Shown here: positions 40,801-48,987 of the stretch, one piece after another
Layout: the number at the start of each line of letters is the position of its first letter
Position numbering within the stretch: the first letter of the stretch is position 1
Assembly: GCA_964565225.1 (NCBI GenBank)
Contig: CAZMEL010000001.1
Location: 1,424-65,423, forward strand
Direction of reading: 5' to 3'
Length of the DNA stretch: 64,000 bases
Source: an uncultured Thermoanaerobaculia bacterium
GTDB taxonomy: Bacteria; Acidobacteriota; Thermoanaerobaculia; Multivoradales; J023
Notes under the pieces: generated by a model
What the model saw: the letters and a program-made list of their open reading frames with translations, nothing else
Database searches by the model: none
Told to the model about the DNA's origin: nothing
Program-made: the position numbers and the translations under genes

Positions 40801-42224
40801 AGTCGACGGATCGGGGCATGCGCCTGGTGGCTCGGGTCGTCCCCCGCACTCCCCTGGCCGGCAAGGAGGCCCTGCCCGGCAAGGAGACGGCCACGAGTCC
40901 CGACGCGGCCTCTGGTGACGGTCTTCGGAGCAGCTCCACGGATGAATACGCGGCCGGCGGAGTTTCGGTGGTGGATCCCCTGGAGCGAGTGCAATTCAAG
41001 CTCTCCTACCGGGCCCTGCGTCGTCCGGACGCCGAGGACACGGTAGTGGACCTGCCGGCGCGGGATCTGACCGCGGTGGCCGAGGCCTTTGCCCGTACCC
41101 GCAGCCGTCGGCAATGGGCCCCGGGCCTGGATCTGAGCGCCCTGGGTCGTTTCCTCACCGAGCTTTCCTTCGTCGAGGAAGAGAGCAGCCTGCACAAATA
41201 TCGCTACGGCTCCGGCGGCGGCCTCTACCCCGTGCAGCTCTACCTGGCGGTGGCGCCGGAGAGCTCACCGTCCGGCGGGGTGAGCGGCTTGGACGCCGGG
41301 CTCTACTACTACCACCCGGGGGCCCATCGCCTGCAACGAGTAGGGGACTTGCCGTCGGAGGGTGCTGCGTCCCTACATTTTGCCGCCAATCGGGAAATGG
41401 CGGAGCAAGCGGCTCTGCAGATCTTCCTGGTGGGTGAGCTGGACGCGGTGGAGCCCATGTACGGCGCCCTGGCACGGGACTTCTGCCTCTTGGAGGCGGG
41501 CATGATGTGTCAGGTGATGCGCGAGATCGCCGACACCTCGGGGGTTGCGGTTTGCCAGGTGGGTGACGTGCGAACGGACGCCCTGGCAGAGGCCCTCGGG
41601 CTGTCGGACCGACGTCTCTTCTTACACGGCCTGCTGGCCGGCGCCACGGCTGCGGACGAGCCCTCGGCCTCCGCTTCGGATGAAGGGGCCGCCGCGAGCC
41701 TCAGCCCGGACGTCCTACGCACCCGGCTGATGGAGCACCTGAGGGCCAAGCTGCCCGAGCACATGGTGCCTTCGGCCCTGGCGTTCTTGGATGAGCTGCC
41801 TCTGACCGCCAACGGCAAGGTGGATCGCGGCCGCTTGACCGAGGTGGCGGTGGACGAGGTCGAGGCCGTGCACGTACCGCCGGCCAACGAGCTGGAAGCC
41901 ACCCTGGCCGCCCTGTGGTGCGAGGCTCTGGGCCTACCCGAGATCAGTGTCGACGCGAATTTCTTCGATTTGGGCGCCAACTCCTTGTTGGCGGGCAAGG
42001 TGTTTCGCCAGTTGTGCCGCCAACTGGGAACGAGCTTCCCCTTGATCACGATCTTCCGCAAGCCCACGGTGCGCTCCCTGGCGGAGCACTTGGGGCAAGA
42101 GGATCCCCACCAGGATGGTCCGGATCTCGACCCCGCACGCCAGCGGGCCGAAAAACGTTTGGATCGACGCCGAAATCGCCGTCGCCGTCGGTCCGCGGAC
42201 GAAAAGGAGGGCCATTCTGAGTAG
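37875..42224 (+). CDS. NRPS module: TubC-type N-terminal docking domain, heterocyclization (Cy) domain, A domain with an embedded FMN oxidase (Ox) domain, and PCP. 1449 aa.
   Basis: Docking [33 protein letters not shown]. Cy N-terminus FPLTDIQQAYWIGR and motif DLLHVDGAS (DxxxxDxxS) near 38505. A core SGSTG(M)PKG, A4 HHDLSVFDIFG, LAGDWIPVSLP, and A8 GRQDHQVKIQGQRIELGEIE near 40700. A roughly 350-aa insertion follows before A10 LPLTANGKVDR near 41810; it contains RTRSRRQW and YRYGSGGGLYPVQLY (nitroreductase-like Ox). PCP FFDLGANSLLAG. Basic C-terminal tail. Confidence 0.95.
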   Translation: MKTLSSAARILDDLASRGVQMWPEGEHLRLRSPAGVLDAEDRDRLREHKEDILRELRRRSATHPFRLEVEPDLAARNEPFPLTDIQQAYWIGRQEAFDLGDVAIHYYTEVDCRNLDLPRLERAWNRVVRRHDMLRAVVHAVGEQQILAEVPDYEIPVVDLRNLDETARTEALQACRDEMSHRVPDAASWPCFALRAHRLEEDSVRLHVSLDLLHVDGASILILFEDWIRLYGDEEAELEPLELSYRDYVQAEHRLAESPEMEKGLAWWRDKVRQLPPAPDLPLAVAPSRLEHTRFVRRVLEVSPDVFARLKERATEIGLTPTAFFLTAFSETLRAYAKAADFTLNVTLFNRLPVHPQVNRLVGDFTSMVLLADRARAGEALEDHARRLQVDLWEALEHRWVSGVKVLGELNRIQKSSAGGVMPIVFTSLLDLNTQGFAADVLAPLGKEIYTITQTPQVYLDHQVRETPDGGVVLSWDVVEDLFADGMVEEMLAAYHRLLHRLVDEPELWRGPVPGVVSRGEMERRRRLNDTAAPIPETTLYHLFRGRAAADPEAPAVLTADHTLTYGELDRSSRHLGLRLRQAGAEPDRLVAVSMEKGWQQVLASVAVHAAGSAYLPVDPALPRERRDYLLRNGEVCAVLTSGSAADGGGPWPDGVEVIAVDRFLAGSAVAEEPPELEPVQGPRHLSHVIYTSGSTGMPKGVMVEHRSVVNRMLDIVERFQIGPGDKALGLTALHHDLSVFDIFGVLTAGAAVVLPDEEGRRDPGVWLELMAEHGVTLWNSVPAFLEMLLEYVEDGAAEEVPDGLRWIILAGDWIPVSLPDRARALWPELTFIASGGPTETCIWDIWNPVGEVDPEWPSIPYGKPLKNAVYHVLDHNLEHRPTGVAGEMYIGGAGLARGYWKDPERTAEKFIVHPKTGERLYRSGDWGRYLPDGNLEFMGRQDHQVKIQGQRIELGEIEAALTSHPEVRAAVASVQSTDRGMRLVARVVPRTPLAGKEALPGKETATSPDAASGDGLRSSSTDEYAAGGVSVVDPLERVQFKLSYRALRRPDAEDTVVDLPARDLTAVAEAFARTRSRRQWAPGLDLSALGRFLTELSFVEEESSLHKYRYGSGGGLYPVQLYLAVAPESSPSGGVSGLDAGLYYYHPGAHRLQRVGDLPSEGAASLHFAANREMAEQAALQIFLVGELDAVEPMYGALARDFCLLEAGMMCQVMREIADTSGVAVCQVGDVRTDALAEALGLSDRRLFLHGLLAGATAADEPSASASDEGAAASLSPDVLRTRLMEHLRAKLPEHMVPSALAFLDELPLTANGKVDRGRLTEVAVDEVEAVHVPPANELEATLAALWCEALGLPEISVDANFFDLGANSLLAGKVFRQLCRQLGTSFPLITIFRKPTVRSLAEHLGQEDPHQDGPDLDPARQRAEKRLDRRRNRRRRRSADEKEGHSE

Positions 42225-42360
42225 ACAACCCTTCACGGGCCGCCGTGCTGTGTGAGCACCGGGCTCCGGAGTCGAGCTTCGGATGCAATTCGGAGCCCAG
42301 CTCTTTGGATCGATGCGACGAATTCCTGTCCTTCTTGGTAACTCGCAGGAGATTTTCGAT

Positions 42361-45300
42361 ATGACTGCTCAAACCCCTACTGATCAGAACTCCACTGATC
42401 GAAATGTCTCAGTGGATGATCTTCATCCGGACAGCATCGCCATCGTGGGCATGGCGTGTCGCTTTCCCGGTGCCGCCGATGTGGAGGCGTTCTGGCGCCT
42501 TCTGGTGGAAGGCCGGGAGGCGATCACGTTCTTTTCCGACGACGAGCTGAAAGAAGCCGGGGTGGATCCCGTCCATTTCGAGCGCGACAACTACGTCAAG
42601 GCCGGCGCCACGCTGGACGATGTGGAGAGCTTCGACGCAGGCTATTTCGACTATCCGGCGCGAGAAGCCGTGACCCTGGACCCCCAGCAGAGAATCTTCC
42701 TGGAGGTCGCCCAAACCGCTCTGGAGTCGTCCTGCCACGCCCCGGAGACCTTCGATGGTCTGATCGGTGTTTTCGCTGGCGGCGCCCAGAACAGCTACTA
42801 TGCGCGCAATCTGGCGGCCGACCCCATGCTGCTCACCACCCCCGAGGGCTTCCAGGCCCACCTGGGGAACGACAAGGATTATCTGGCCACCCGCGTGGCC
42901 TACAAGCTCAACCTCTCCGGGCCGGCGGTGACCGTGCAAACCGCTTGCTCGACCTCCTTGGCCGCCGTTCACCTGGCGGCCCAGTCTCTGCTGGCTGGTG
43001 AATGTGATCTGGCCCTGGCCGGCGGCGTGTCGGTCAAGGTGCCCCATCGGGTGGGTTACTTTCACCAGGACGGTATGCCGTTCTCGGCCGACGGCCATTG
43101 CCGTCCTTTCGATGCCACGGCCTCGGGCACCATCTTCGGCAGCGGTGCCGGCGCCGTGGTGCTCAGGCGCCTGGAAGATGCTTTGCGCGATGGTGATCCC
43201 ATCGATGCCGTGCTGCGCGGCTCGGCGATGAACAACGACGGCTCCTTGAAGATCGGCTTCACCGCGCCGAGCATCGATGGCCAGAGCAAGGTGATCGCCG
43301 AGGCCCTGGCCGTGGCGCGCGTGGATCCGCGAACCATCGGCCACGTGGAAGCCCACGGCACGGCCACCCCCTTGGGAGATCCCATCGAGGTGGACGCCCT
43401 CATCCGCTCTTTCGACGTGGACGAGAAAGGTTTTTGTGCCCTTGGCTCGGTAAAGAGCAACGTGGGCCACCTGGAAACCGCGGCCGGTGTGGCGGGCTTG
43501 ATCAAGTCCGTGCTCATGCTGAGCCGGCGGGTCTTGGTGCCGAGCCTGCACTTCGAGAGCCCGAATCCGGAGATTCCATTCGACGAGAGCCCGTTCTTCG
43601 TGTCTCGGGAGACCCGTCCCTGGGACCGCGATGGCGCACCGCGTCGGGCCGGCGTCTCGTCCTTCGGCATCGGCGGCACCAACGTGCACACAGTGCTCGA
43701 AGAGGCGCCGGCAGTGGCCGAAGATCCCGCTGCTGAGGCCGGACCCCAGGTGCTCACGCTGTCGGCCAAGACTCCTACGGCTCTGGACGCCCTGACCGCG
43801 GCCCTGGCGGAGCAGCTGGCTGCGGACGAAGAGCTCGATCTGGCGGCAGTAGCCCAGACCACCCGTGTCGGCCGGCGCTCCCTGCCGTGTCGCCGCATCC
43901 TGGTGGCCGAGAACAAGGCCGAGGCCGTGGACGCCCTGAAGAACCTCGATCCCAAGCGGGTCTTCACCTTCCAGGCGCCCAGGAGTGGCCGATCGGCGGC
44001 CTTCCTCTTCCCGGGCGGTGGCTCCCAATATGTGGACATGGGGCGGCAGCTCTATGCCCGCGAGCCGGTCTTTCGCCAGACATTGGACCACTGCTTCGAG
44101 CTGTTACGTCCGCTGATGGACGTGGATCCCCACCAGGTTCTCTACCCGTCCGCCGATCATCGGGACCAGGCGGTGGCTCAGCTCAAAGAGACGCCCATCG
44201 CCCTGCCGATCCTGTTCTCGGCAGAATACGCCCTGGCCCGGCTGCTGATCTCTTGGGGCATCGAGCCCGCTGCCATGATCGGCCATTCGAACGGTGAGTT
44301 CGTGGCCGCCACCCTGGCCGGCGTCTTCACTCTGGAGCAGGCCCTCGACGTGGTGGCCCGCCGCGCCGCGCTGATGACCCGTCTGCCCAAGGGTTCCATG
44401 CTCTCCCTCCCCCTGCCGGTGGAGGAGGTGCGGGAGATGGTGGGTGACGACTACTCCATCGCCGCGGTGAACAGCCCCGTCTCCTGCGTGGTGTCGGGCA
44501 CGGTGGAGCAGATCGACGCCCTGGAAGAGAAGCTGGCAAGCCGCGAGCTCGACACCCGCCGGCTGCACATCGCCGTAGGTGCTCACTCCAAGATGGCCGA
44601 TGGCATCGTCGACGATCTGGTGGCGATCGTGGCCGAGCACGACCTGAACGAGCCCACCATTCCCTTCGTGTCCAATGTCACCGGGGATTGGATCCAGCCC
44701 GGAGAGGCAACGGATCCGGCCTATTGGGGCCGCCACCTGCGCCACACCGTGCGTTTCCAAGAGGCGATCGGTCGCCTGATGGAAGACCCGACGCGGATCT
44801 TGATCGAGGTGGGTCCCGGGCAGGCGTTGGGCTCTCTGGCGCGCCAGAACCTGACCACCGGCGAGAATCGCACCCTTCTGGCCACCACTCGCCAGCGCCA
44901 CGACGAGGAGGTTTCCGACTCCGTCCTGCTGGCCGAGAACGTGGCCAAGGTGTGGTTGGTGGGCGGTGCCGTGGACTGGCGCGCAGTCTACGAAGAGCAA
45001 GGTCCGCGGCGTGCCCGCGTGGTCACCTATCCCTTCGAGCGTCGGCGTTATTGGATCGAGGCCCAGAAGAGCGACGCCGGATCCGGCGACCTGGCCGCGC
45101 GCATGCAGACCTGGATGGAGGCCGAGGGCAAAGTCCTGGACCAAGAGAAGTCCGGAGACGACCGCGCCGGCCTGCTGGTGGCCTATGTGGCCCCGCGCGA
45201 CGACATGGAGGAGCGAGTGGCCGACGTCTGGCGCCAATTCTTCGGTATCGACCAGGTGGGCGTGCACGACAACTTCTTCGAGCTGGGAGGCACCTCCCTG

Positions 45301-45525
45301 CTGGCCACTCAATTGGTCAACAGCCTGCAGAAAACTTTCAAGGTGGAGCTCGATGTACCCACCTTTATGCGCTCCGCCACCGTGGCCGAGCTGTCCGAGA
45401 CCTTGGTCCGTCTGCAAGACGAGGAAGAGACGGCCCAAGCCACGGCGGTGCTCGATCGCTTGGAGCAGATGAGTGAAGACGAGATCGCGGCTCTTCTGGC
45501 ACAGACCGAGATGGCCGAAGCTTGA
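42361..45525 (+). CDS. Type I PKS minimal module KS-AT-ACP (no reductive domains), 1054 aa. The AT has atypical motifs.
   Basis: Start taken at ATG 42361 (AGGAG 9 nt upstream). The track ATG at 42283 adds 26 AT3-rich codons that look non-coding. KS TACSTSL, HGTATPLGDPIE, NVGHLETAAG. AT FLFPGGGSQY, GHSNGE, VGAHS. ACP FFELGGTSLLATQL. Confidence 0.9.
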   Translation: MTAQTPTDQNSTDRNVSVDDLHPDSIAIVGMACRFPGAADVEAFWRLLVEGREAITFFSDDELKEAGVDPVHFERDNYVKAGATLDDVESFDAGYFDYPAREAVTLDPQQRIFLEVAQTALESSCHAPETFDGLIGVFAGGAQNSYYARNLAADPMLLTTPEGFQAHLGNDKDYLATRVAYKLNLSGPAVTVQTACSTSLAAVHLAAQSLLAGECDLALAGGVSVKVPHRVGYFHQDGMPFSADGHCRPFDATASGTIFGSGAGAVVLRRLEDALRDGDPIDAVLRGSAMNNDGSLKIGFTAPSIDGQSKVIAEALAVARVDPRTIGHVEAHGTATPLGDPIEVDALIRSFDVDEKGFCALGSVKSNVGHLETAAGVAGLIKSVLMLSRRVLVPSLHFESPNPEIPFDESPFFVSRETRPWDRDGAPRRAGVSSFGIGGTNVHTVLEEAPAVAEDPAAEAGPQVLTLSAKTPTALDALTAALAEQLAADEELDLAAVAQTTRVGRRSLPCRRILVAENKAEAVDALKNLDPKRVFTFQAPRSGRSAAFLFPGGGSQYVDMGRQLYAREPVFRQTLDHCFELLRPLMDVDPHQVLYPSADHRDQAVAQLKETPIALPILFSAEYALARLLISWGIEPAAMIGHSNGEFVAATLAGVFTLEQALDVVARRAALMTRLPKGSMLSLPLPVEEVREMVGDDYSIAAVNSPVSCVVSGTVEQIDALEEKLASRELDTRRLHIAVGAHSKMADGIVDDLVAIVAEHDLNEPTIPFVSNVTGDWIQPGEATDPAYWGRHLRHTVRFQEAIGRLMEDPTRILIEVGPGQALGSLARQNLTTGENRTLLATTRQRHDEEVSDSVLLAENVAKVWLVGGAVDWRAVYEEQGPRRARVVTYPFERRRYWIEAQKSDAGSGDLAARMQTWMEAEGKVLDQEKSGDDRAGLLVAYVAPRDDMEERVADVWRQFFGIDQVGVHDNFFELGGTSLLATQLVNSLQKTFKVELDVPTFMRSATVAELSETLVRLQDEEETAQATAVLDRLEQMSEDEIAALLAQTEMAEA

Positions 45526-45627
45526 TCGCTCGCTCGATCCGAAGACAGACCGAAAACCTTTCGCACGATTCGATGAACCCTTATCCATCCCAGTCGGAGC
45601 TGATGGACCGAAACCGAGGAACAGATC

Positions 45628-48600
45628 ATGACGAAAATTGCCGATAAGCTCAGGAATCTCTCCCCCGAAAAGCGCGCTCTCTTCGAGCGTTTGATGGCCG
45701 AAGAAAAGGCCAAGAAAGAGGCCGCTCTGGAAGCCTCGAAATTGGACATCCCCAACTTTCCGTCCGAGCCCGAGAAGCGCTACGAGCCCTTCCCGCTCAC
45801 CGACATCCAACAGGCGCAATGGTTCGGTCGCTCGGGTCTTTTCGAGCTCACCTCCGCGGCCCACGTCTACGTGGAATTCGACAGCGAGGGTCTGGACCTG
45901 GACCGTCTGGAGGAGGTGTGGAACGAGATCGTGAAGGAGAACGATCAGTTGCGCATGAAGGTGCTCGGCGACCTGCGCCAGGTGGTGCTCGAAGAGGTGC
46001 CGTACTACGAATTCAAGCGCATCGACCTCACCGGCAAGTCCGAGAAAGAGGTGGAAGAGAGCCTCGCCGAAACCCGCGCCGACATGGGCCATCAAATCCT
46101 GCCCGCCGATCAGTTCCCTATCTGGGAGGTACGGGCCTCGGTGATCGACGGCGGCCGCCTGCGCCTGCACGTGAGCTTCGATCTGATCGTGGGTGATGCC
46201 TGGAGCTTCCGGGTGCTCATGGATCACTGGGCCCAGCGCTACCACCACGGTGACGAGGCCAAGCGGGAGCCCGTGGACTACTCCTTCCGGGATTACGTGC
46301 ACGCCCTGGAAGCCTTGGAGGAAACCGAGGTCTTCCAGCGGGACCTGGCCTATTGGAAAGAGCAATTGGCCGTGTTGCCCAACCCGCCGGAGCTGCCCAT
46401 GGCCAAACAGCCGAGCGAGCTGGACGAGCATCGCTCCCTTCACTTCACCGATACCGTGGCCGCGAACGTGTGGTCCGAGCTCAAGGGTCGGATCAAAGAT
46501 CACCGATTGACCGCGTCGAACTTCTTCCTCGCCGCCTGGTCCGAGGTGGTCACGGTGTGGACCAAATCCCCCGAGTTCGCCCTCAACGTCACGGTCTTCA
46601 ACCGTCTGCCCGTGCACGAGGACGTGAACGCCGTGCTGGTGGGAGAGTTCAACTCCTTCTGCCTCTTCGGGGTCGACAACTCCGGCAAGCGTCCGTTCCA
46701 CGAGCGTGCCCTGGAGAAGCAGGAGAAGCTGTGGCGCCACATCGACCATCGTACGGTCAGCGGTGTCCGTCAGATGCGCGAGCTGGCACATATTCGCGGC
46801 ACCCAGAGCGGTGGCGCCCTGATGCCTGCGGTCTTCACCTCCACCCTGGCCCACCACGACAGCGAAGGCTGGTCGCCCTCGGTATTCCCGGGCGAATGGG
46901 TCTACGAGGTTTCGCAGACGCCCCAGGTGTGGATGGAGCATCACATCTGGGAGGACGAAGGCAAGCTCGTCCTGCACGTGGACGTGGTCGACGGTGTCTT
47001 TCCCGAGGGCATGTTCGCCGAGGTCTTCGCCGCCTACGTGCAGCTCCTCCACGAGCTGGCTCGAGATCCCGAGGCGTGGAATCGCACCGATGCCCGCCAC
47101 CTGGTGCCGGCCGAGCAGCTGCAGCTGCGGGCCGAGGTGAACAACACCGCCGCCGCCATCTCGGACGAGCTGATGCACGGCCTGATGCGCAAGCAAGCGG
47201 CGGAGCGGGGCGATACCACGGCCGTGATCTCGGCCCGCGGCAACCTCACCTACGCGGAGCTGGACTCGCGCTCCAATCGGGTGGGCCGCTTCCTGCGGGA
47301 GGCCGGCGCCGAGCCCAACGAGCTGGTGGCCGTGGTCATGGAGAAGGGCTGGGAGCAGGCCGTGGCCGCCTACGGCATCCAGAAGTCGGGCGCCGCCTAC
47401 CTCCCCATCGAGCCGGACGTGCCGACGGACCGTCTGCATCACCTGCTGAGCGTGGGTGAGTGCAAATTGGCCCTCACCCAGAGCGAGCTGGTCGCCGAGC
47501 TTTCGTGGCCCGAGGGCGTGCAGGTCTTCGCCGTGGACGGCGACGCCTTCGACGGCGTCTCCGACGAGGCCCTGGAAGATGTCCAGGGCCCGGACGATAT
47601 CGCCTACGTGATCTTCACCTCCGGCTCCACCGGGACCCCCAAGGGTGTGGTGATCTCCCACCGCGGTGCGGTGAACACCATCCTCGACATCAACGAGCGT
47701 TTCCAGGTGGACGCCGAGGATCGGGGCCTGGCCTTGGCGGCCATGGGCTTCGACCTGTCGGTCTACGACCTCTTCGGCACCCTGGCGGCGGGCGGCTCGG
47801 TGGTGATCCCGTCCAAGCAGGATCCGGATCCCTCGGAGTGGGTGCAGCTGATCGCCGAGCACGGCGTCACCCTGTGGAATTCCGTGCCGGCGCTCATGGA
47901 GATGTTGGTCACCCACGCGGAGGGCACCAAGACCGAGCTGCCTTCCTCCCTGCGTCTGGCCCTGCTCTCCGGCGATTGGATTCCTGTGAGCTTGCCCGGA
48001 CGCCTCTCCGCGGTGCGCGAAGGGATCGAGGTGATCAGCCTGGGTGGCGCCACCGAGGCTTCCATCTGGTCGATCCTGCATCCGATCGTGGCGGTGGATC
48101 CGGAGTGGAAGAGCATCCCCTACGGCAAGCCGATGAAGAATCAGACCTTCCACGTGCTGAACGGCGATCTGAAGCCGTGCCCCACCTGGACCACGGGCGA
48201 TCTCTACATCGGTGGCGTGGGTGTGGCCCTGGGCTATTGGCGGGACGACGAGAAGACCGCGGCGTCCTTCTTGGAGCATCCCGAGACCGGCGAGCGGCTC
48301 TACCGCACCGGCGATCTGGGCCGCTACCTGCCCAACGGTGAGATCGAGTTCCTCGGCCGTGAGGACAACCAGGTGAAGGTGCGGGGCTTCCGCATCGAGC
48401 TGGGTGAGATCGAGGAGAACCTCAACAAGGTAGACGGCATCGCGGCGTCCGTGGTGGCGGCCCTCGGGGCGAGCGACAACCGTCGCCTGGTGGCCTATGT
48501 CGTGCCCGCGGACGGCACCGAGCTGGACACCGAGGCCGTGCAAAAGGCCCTGGGCGCCAAGCTGCCGGAGTACATGCTGCCCCAGAGCTACGTCGCCATG

Positions 48601-48987
48601 GAGGCCCTGCCCCTGACCGCCAACGGCAAGGTGGATCGCAAGAATCTGCCGGCTCCCGAGGATGTGGGCAAGGAGAACGTCTACGTGGCGCCGCGCAACG
48701 AGGCCGAGGAGAAGCTAGCCCAGCTGTGGCAAGAAGTGCTGGACGTGGAAAAGGTGGGTGTTTACGACGACTTCTTCGAGCTGGGTGGCAACTCCCTCCT
48801 GGCCAATCAGCTCCTCTTCCGGGTCCACGACGCCTTCGGCATCGAGCTGCCCCTCTCCAAGCTCTTCGAAGCCACCACCATCGACAAGGTGGCTGTGCTC
48901 TTGGAAGAGACCTTGATCGCCCAGATGGAGGGTATGAGTGAGGAGGAGATCCAACGCCTGCTGGAAGAGGAGGCGGTAGGTGTCTGA
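45628..48987 (+). CDS. NRPS module Cy-A-PCP, Cys-type A domain, 1119 aa.
   Basis: Cy FPLTDIQQAQWFGR and SFDLIVGDAWS near 46180. A domain FDLSVYDLFGTLAAG, TLWNSVPALMEM, LLSGDWIPVSLP, GGATEASIWSILH; by eye this fits the Cys code DLYNLSLIWK. No Ox insertion. PCP FFELGGNSLLANQL. Confidence 0.95.
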   Translation: MTKIADKLRNLSPEKRALFERLMAEEKAKKEAALEASKLDIPNFPSEPEKRYEPFPLTDIQQAQWFGRSGLFELTSAAHVYVEFDSEGLDLDRLEEVWNEIVKENDQLRMKVLGDLRQVVLEEVPYYEFKRIDLTGKSEKEVEESLAETRADMGHQILPADQFPIWEVRASVIDGGRLRLHVSFDLIVGDAWSFRVLMDHWAQRYHHGDEAKREPVDYSFRDYVHALEALEETEVFQRDLAYWKEQLAVLPNPPELPMAKQPSELDEHRSLHFTDTVAANVWSELKGRIKDHRLTASNFFLAAWSEVVTVWTKSPEFALNVTVFNRLPVHEDVNAVLVGEFNSFCLFGVDNSGKRPFHERALEKQEKLWRHIDHRTVSGVRQMRELAHIRGTQSGGALMPAVFTSTLAHHDSEGWSPSVFPGEWVYEVSQTPQVWMEHHIWEDEGKLVLHVDVVDGVFPEGMFAEVFAAYVQLLHELARDPEAWNRTDARHLVPAEQLQLRAEVNNTAAAISDELMHGLMRKQAAERGDTTAVISARGNLTYAELDSRSNRVGRFLREAGAEPNELVAVVMEKGWEQAVAAYGIQKSGAAYLPIEPDVPTDRLHHLLSVGECKLALTQSELVAELSWPEGVQVFAVDGDAFDGVSDEALEDVQGPDDIAYVIFTSGSTGTPKGVVISHRGAVNTILDINERFQVDAEDRGLALAAMGFDLSVYDLFGTLAAGGSVVIPSKQDPDPSEWVQLIAEHGVTLWNSVPALMEMLVTHAEGTKTELPSSLRLALLSGDWIPVSLPGRLSAVREGIEVISLGGATEASIWSILHPIVAVDPEWKSIPYGKPMKNQTFHVLNGDLKPCPTWTTGDLYIGGVGVALGYWRDDEKTAASFLEHPETGERLYRTGDLGRYLPNGEIEFLGREDNQVKVRGFRIELGEIEENLNKVDGIAASVVAALGASDNRRLVAYVVPADGTELDTEAVQKALGAKLPEYMLPQSYVAMEALPLTANGKVDRKNLPAPEDVGKENVYVAPRNEAEEKLAQLWQEVLDVEKVGVYDDFFELGGNSLLANQLLFRVHDAFGIELPLSKLFEATTIDKVAVLLEETLIAQMEGMSEEEIQRLLEEEAVGV

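Noticed and set aside
42262-42300. Inverted repeat GGGCTCCG ... CGGAGCCC after the NRPS gene stop at 42224
   Set aside because: It is a possible mRNA hairpin, but it has no U-tract and lies inside a tightly co-directional operon. It is more likely a folding or stability element than a terminator. Not reported as a feature.
42283-42360. Track start ATG 42283 for the KS-AT-ACP gene
   Set aside because: The first 26 codons have AT-rich third positions, unlike the rest of the gene. ATG 42361 has an AGGAG 9 nt upstream and begins the conserved KS N-terminus.
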